In this document: piece after piece, positions 61,667 through 64,000 of the stretch
How the letters are laid out: each line of letters begins with the position of its first letter
How positions within the stretch are numbered: position 1 is the first letter of the stretch
Origin: Scyliorhinus canicula
Taxonomy: Eukaryota
Reading direction: 5' to 3'
DNA length: 64,000 nt
Assembly: GCF_902713615.1 (NCBI RefSeq)
Contig: NC_052146.1
Coordinates: 31,428,604-31,492,603, forward strand
Translations under genes and position numbers: made by a program
The notes under the pieces: generated by a model
Told to the model about the DNA's origin: nothing
Seen by the model: only the letters and a program-made list of their open reading frames with translations
Databases searched by the model: none

Positions 61667-62876
61667 TAATTACAGGCTTGTGATCATTTTGGCATGTCCC
61701 AGCCTGATAAATGGAGATTATGGCCACAGATACAAGTTTCTCAGCGAAAACATGAAAAGAAAGTCAAAAGCTTTGAAGGTCTCACTCCTGTGAAGGGCAA
61801 TTGCAATCCCTTGAAGCCAGAACATTTGAACCTGTTTCTACTCTGATCCGAATGTTTTGGAGCCTTATTTTTCCAAGGTTCGGCCCGCTTGCATTTGGAG
61901 CTCACAGTCTATATATTCTGGCTGATCCCGTGTGTTTTGTATGGGGTCCACAGCCATTCCACCATGACAGGCAATTGAGTGGCTGTCCAACTGGCAGCAC
62001 TGTGTATTGATGGTAGCTATTAGCGCAGGTTTGTACGCAGGAACCAATGGGAATAGAAATTGGCCAAGTGGATCTGCTGTGGGATGCATAAACAAACTTT
62101 TAATTTTGTATGATCTCTTTTTAAACTTTCTTTGGAGATTGCCCCTCAAGGACAATCTTCCAGTTTGTTCCTGTACTTTGGTGAGTTTTTGCCAATTTTA
62201 TTCGTGAGGAAAAACCCATTTCCTAAATATTCTGTGCCGAAAGAATTCGCAGTCATTTGTTTCTACTGGAATGCCAGGAGTGTGAAGACAAAATGCTGTT
62301 ACATTTCACTTAAATGTTATTGCAATATTTTCCTCACAAGAGTTTTAATTTCTTTTTGAAACAGAGTATGCAGACTCACATGAATAATTTATTACAGCTC
62401 TTAGACAGTTAATAAATTATGCAAATTTTGATTCTATTGATTTCCTTGATGAGAGAGGTCAGTGATGTTTGGATTGAATTAGCTTTATGGATTAACTTGG
62501 CTCACAGACAATCTCCACAAAGCCTCTCTGAATGCACTGCAGATTTGTCAGAGTGTGTGGGTTTTTTTGGGAGGCGGGTGGTGGTGGGGGGGAGGTGGGT
62601 TGCCATGGTTCACAGCCTGTATTGTCCAGGGAGGCTGTAGCCAACCACTAAGTCAGCCAGTGCTGAATCGATGTTGTTGCTCATCTGAGATTAAGGGGAA
62701 TGTTTGTTTTTGAAGTTGACCCTTTTGTTTTTATTTAGATAGAATCCAGAATCTTTCCTTAAAACATCAAAGGAAAGAGGGGAACGAGTGAGGAAGCGTG
62801 TACGGTTACCTTTTTTTTTTGGCCTCTGTGACAGGTGTTCAAATATATCTCCAAAGTGAAGCGCACATACAAGAAC

Positions 62877-62925
62877 AAGAGAGAAAGAGAAAGAGAGAGA
62901 GAGAGAGAAAGAAAGAGAGAGAGGA
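62877..62925. repeat. (GA)n/(GAAA)n purine microsatellite
   Basis: Direct inspection. Confidence 0.8.
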
Positions 62926-62929
62926 AACA

Positions 62930-63190
62930 GGGAGAAGAAGCAAATGGCCTGCCAAGCTTGCTATGCCATTCAATACGACCAAGTCTAGTCTTCTGCCTCA
63001 ACTGGACATTCCCACCCGTTCCCCATATTCATCGATCCCCTAAGAGACTCTTTATCCAGCCTTAAATGTGTTCAATGATGGAGCATCCCCAACTCTCTGG
63101 GGTAGAGAATTCCAAAGATTCACAATCCTTTGAGTGAAGAAATTTCTCCTCATCTCAGCCTGAATGATCGGCCCTTTATCCTGAGACTGT
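62930..63190 (-). mobile_element. CR1 3'-end fragment
   Basis: EMRRNFFTQRIVNLWNSLPQ (ORF 63052-63354). Confidence 0.8.
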
Positions 63191-63914
63191 GGCCGGGATT
63201 CTCCGCTCCCCACGCTGGGGGGGAGAATTGCGGGAGGGCCGGGCGAATCGCGCCACGCCGCCCTGGCACCCCCCGCGATTCTCCCACCCCCCCAAAATGG
63301 CGTGTTGCGTTTTGCGACACGCCGCTCAGAGAATCGCCGCTCGCCATTTTTCACGGTGACCGGTGATTCTCTGGCCCGGATGGGCTGAGCGGCCTGACGA
63401 CCCCAATCGGTTCACGTCGGCGGCAACCACACCTGGTCGCTGCCGGCGTGAACATCGCGCGACAGTTAAGTGTGGGGCCTGTGGGGGGCGGAGAGAGGAT
63501 CGAGCACCACGGGCATGCTCATCAGATGTCTGCCCCGCGATTGGTGCCCACCGATCGTCGGGCCGGCATCTCTAGGAGATGCACTCTTTTCCCTCCGTCG
63601 CCCCGCAAGATCAAGCCGCCATGTCTTGCGGGGCAGCGGAGGGGAAGACGGCAACTACGCATGCGCGGGTTGGAGCCGGCCAACCTGCTCATGTGCGGCT
63701 GACATCACTTAGGCGTCGCCGGCCGCGTCAATCTCGGCGCGCCGCTTTGACGCAAAAGTCAAGGCCCGGCGCCCGAGATTCGCACACCGCCGCTCCTAGC
63801 CCCCCGGGGGAGGGGGAGAATAGGTGGCGAGGAGCAGCCTCTGACGCCGGAGTGAAACACTCCGGGTTTCACTCCGGCGTCGGCTGTTTCTCTCCGTTTC
63901 GGAGAATCACGCAC
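63191..63914. mobile_element. PIF/Harbinger-like MITE
   Basis: TIR GGCCGGGATTCTCCG / CGGAGAATCACGCAC, 3-bp duplication TGT. Confidence 0.82.
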
Positions 63915-64000
63915 TGTGCCTCTGCACAAATGGCATTTCTGAATATGATGTTCACCCTTCTCATGAAACTGGTGTGAGTCCTGCCTGATTCCGAGTTGGC

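Overview
Repeat-dense vertebrate genomic DNA, most likely from a cartilaginous fish (shark). This rests on abundant HE1/V-SINE-type tRNA SINEs and their CR1/HER1-like LINE partners. I cannot support any host protein-coding gene; the window looks intronic or intergenic, and most long ORFs are transposon relics or repeat artefacts. It holds one near-complete Ty3/Gypsy LTR retrotransposon (6357-10843, minus), two decayed Gypsy elements with nested insertions, solo LTRs, many CR1/L2/Rex1/RTE LINE fragments, a Penelope GIY-YIG fragment with a mutated hammerhead ribozyme, hAT elements, GC-rich PIF/Harbinger-like non-autonomous DNA transposons, a 51-bp minisatellite, a retroposed U2 snRNA derivative and one assembly gap. 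Best leads: (1) the Gypsy element has no tRNA primer-binding site; instead a 13-nt segment next to the 5' LTR pairs perfectly with the LTR's own poly(A)-signal region, suggesting self-priming, and its RT reads YLDN; (2) the U2-derived retroposon has a TSD, an A-rich tail and compensatory base changes, pointing to a structured variant-U2/SINEU-like source RNA; (3) one SINE head carries three different LINE-type tails; (4) two templated insertions of internal or local DNA.
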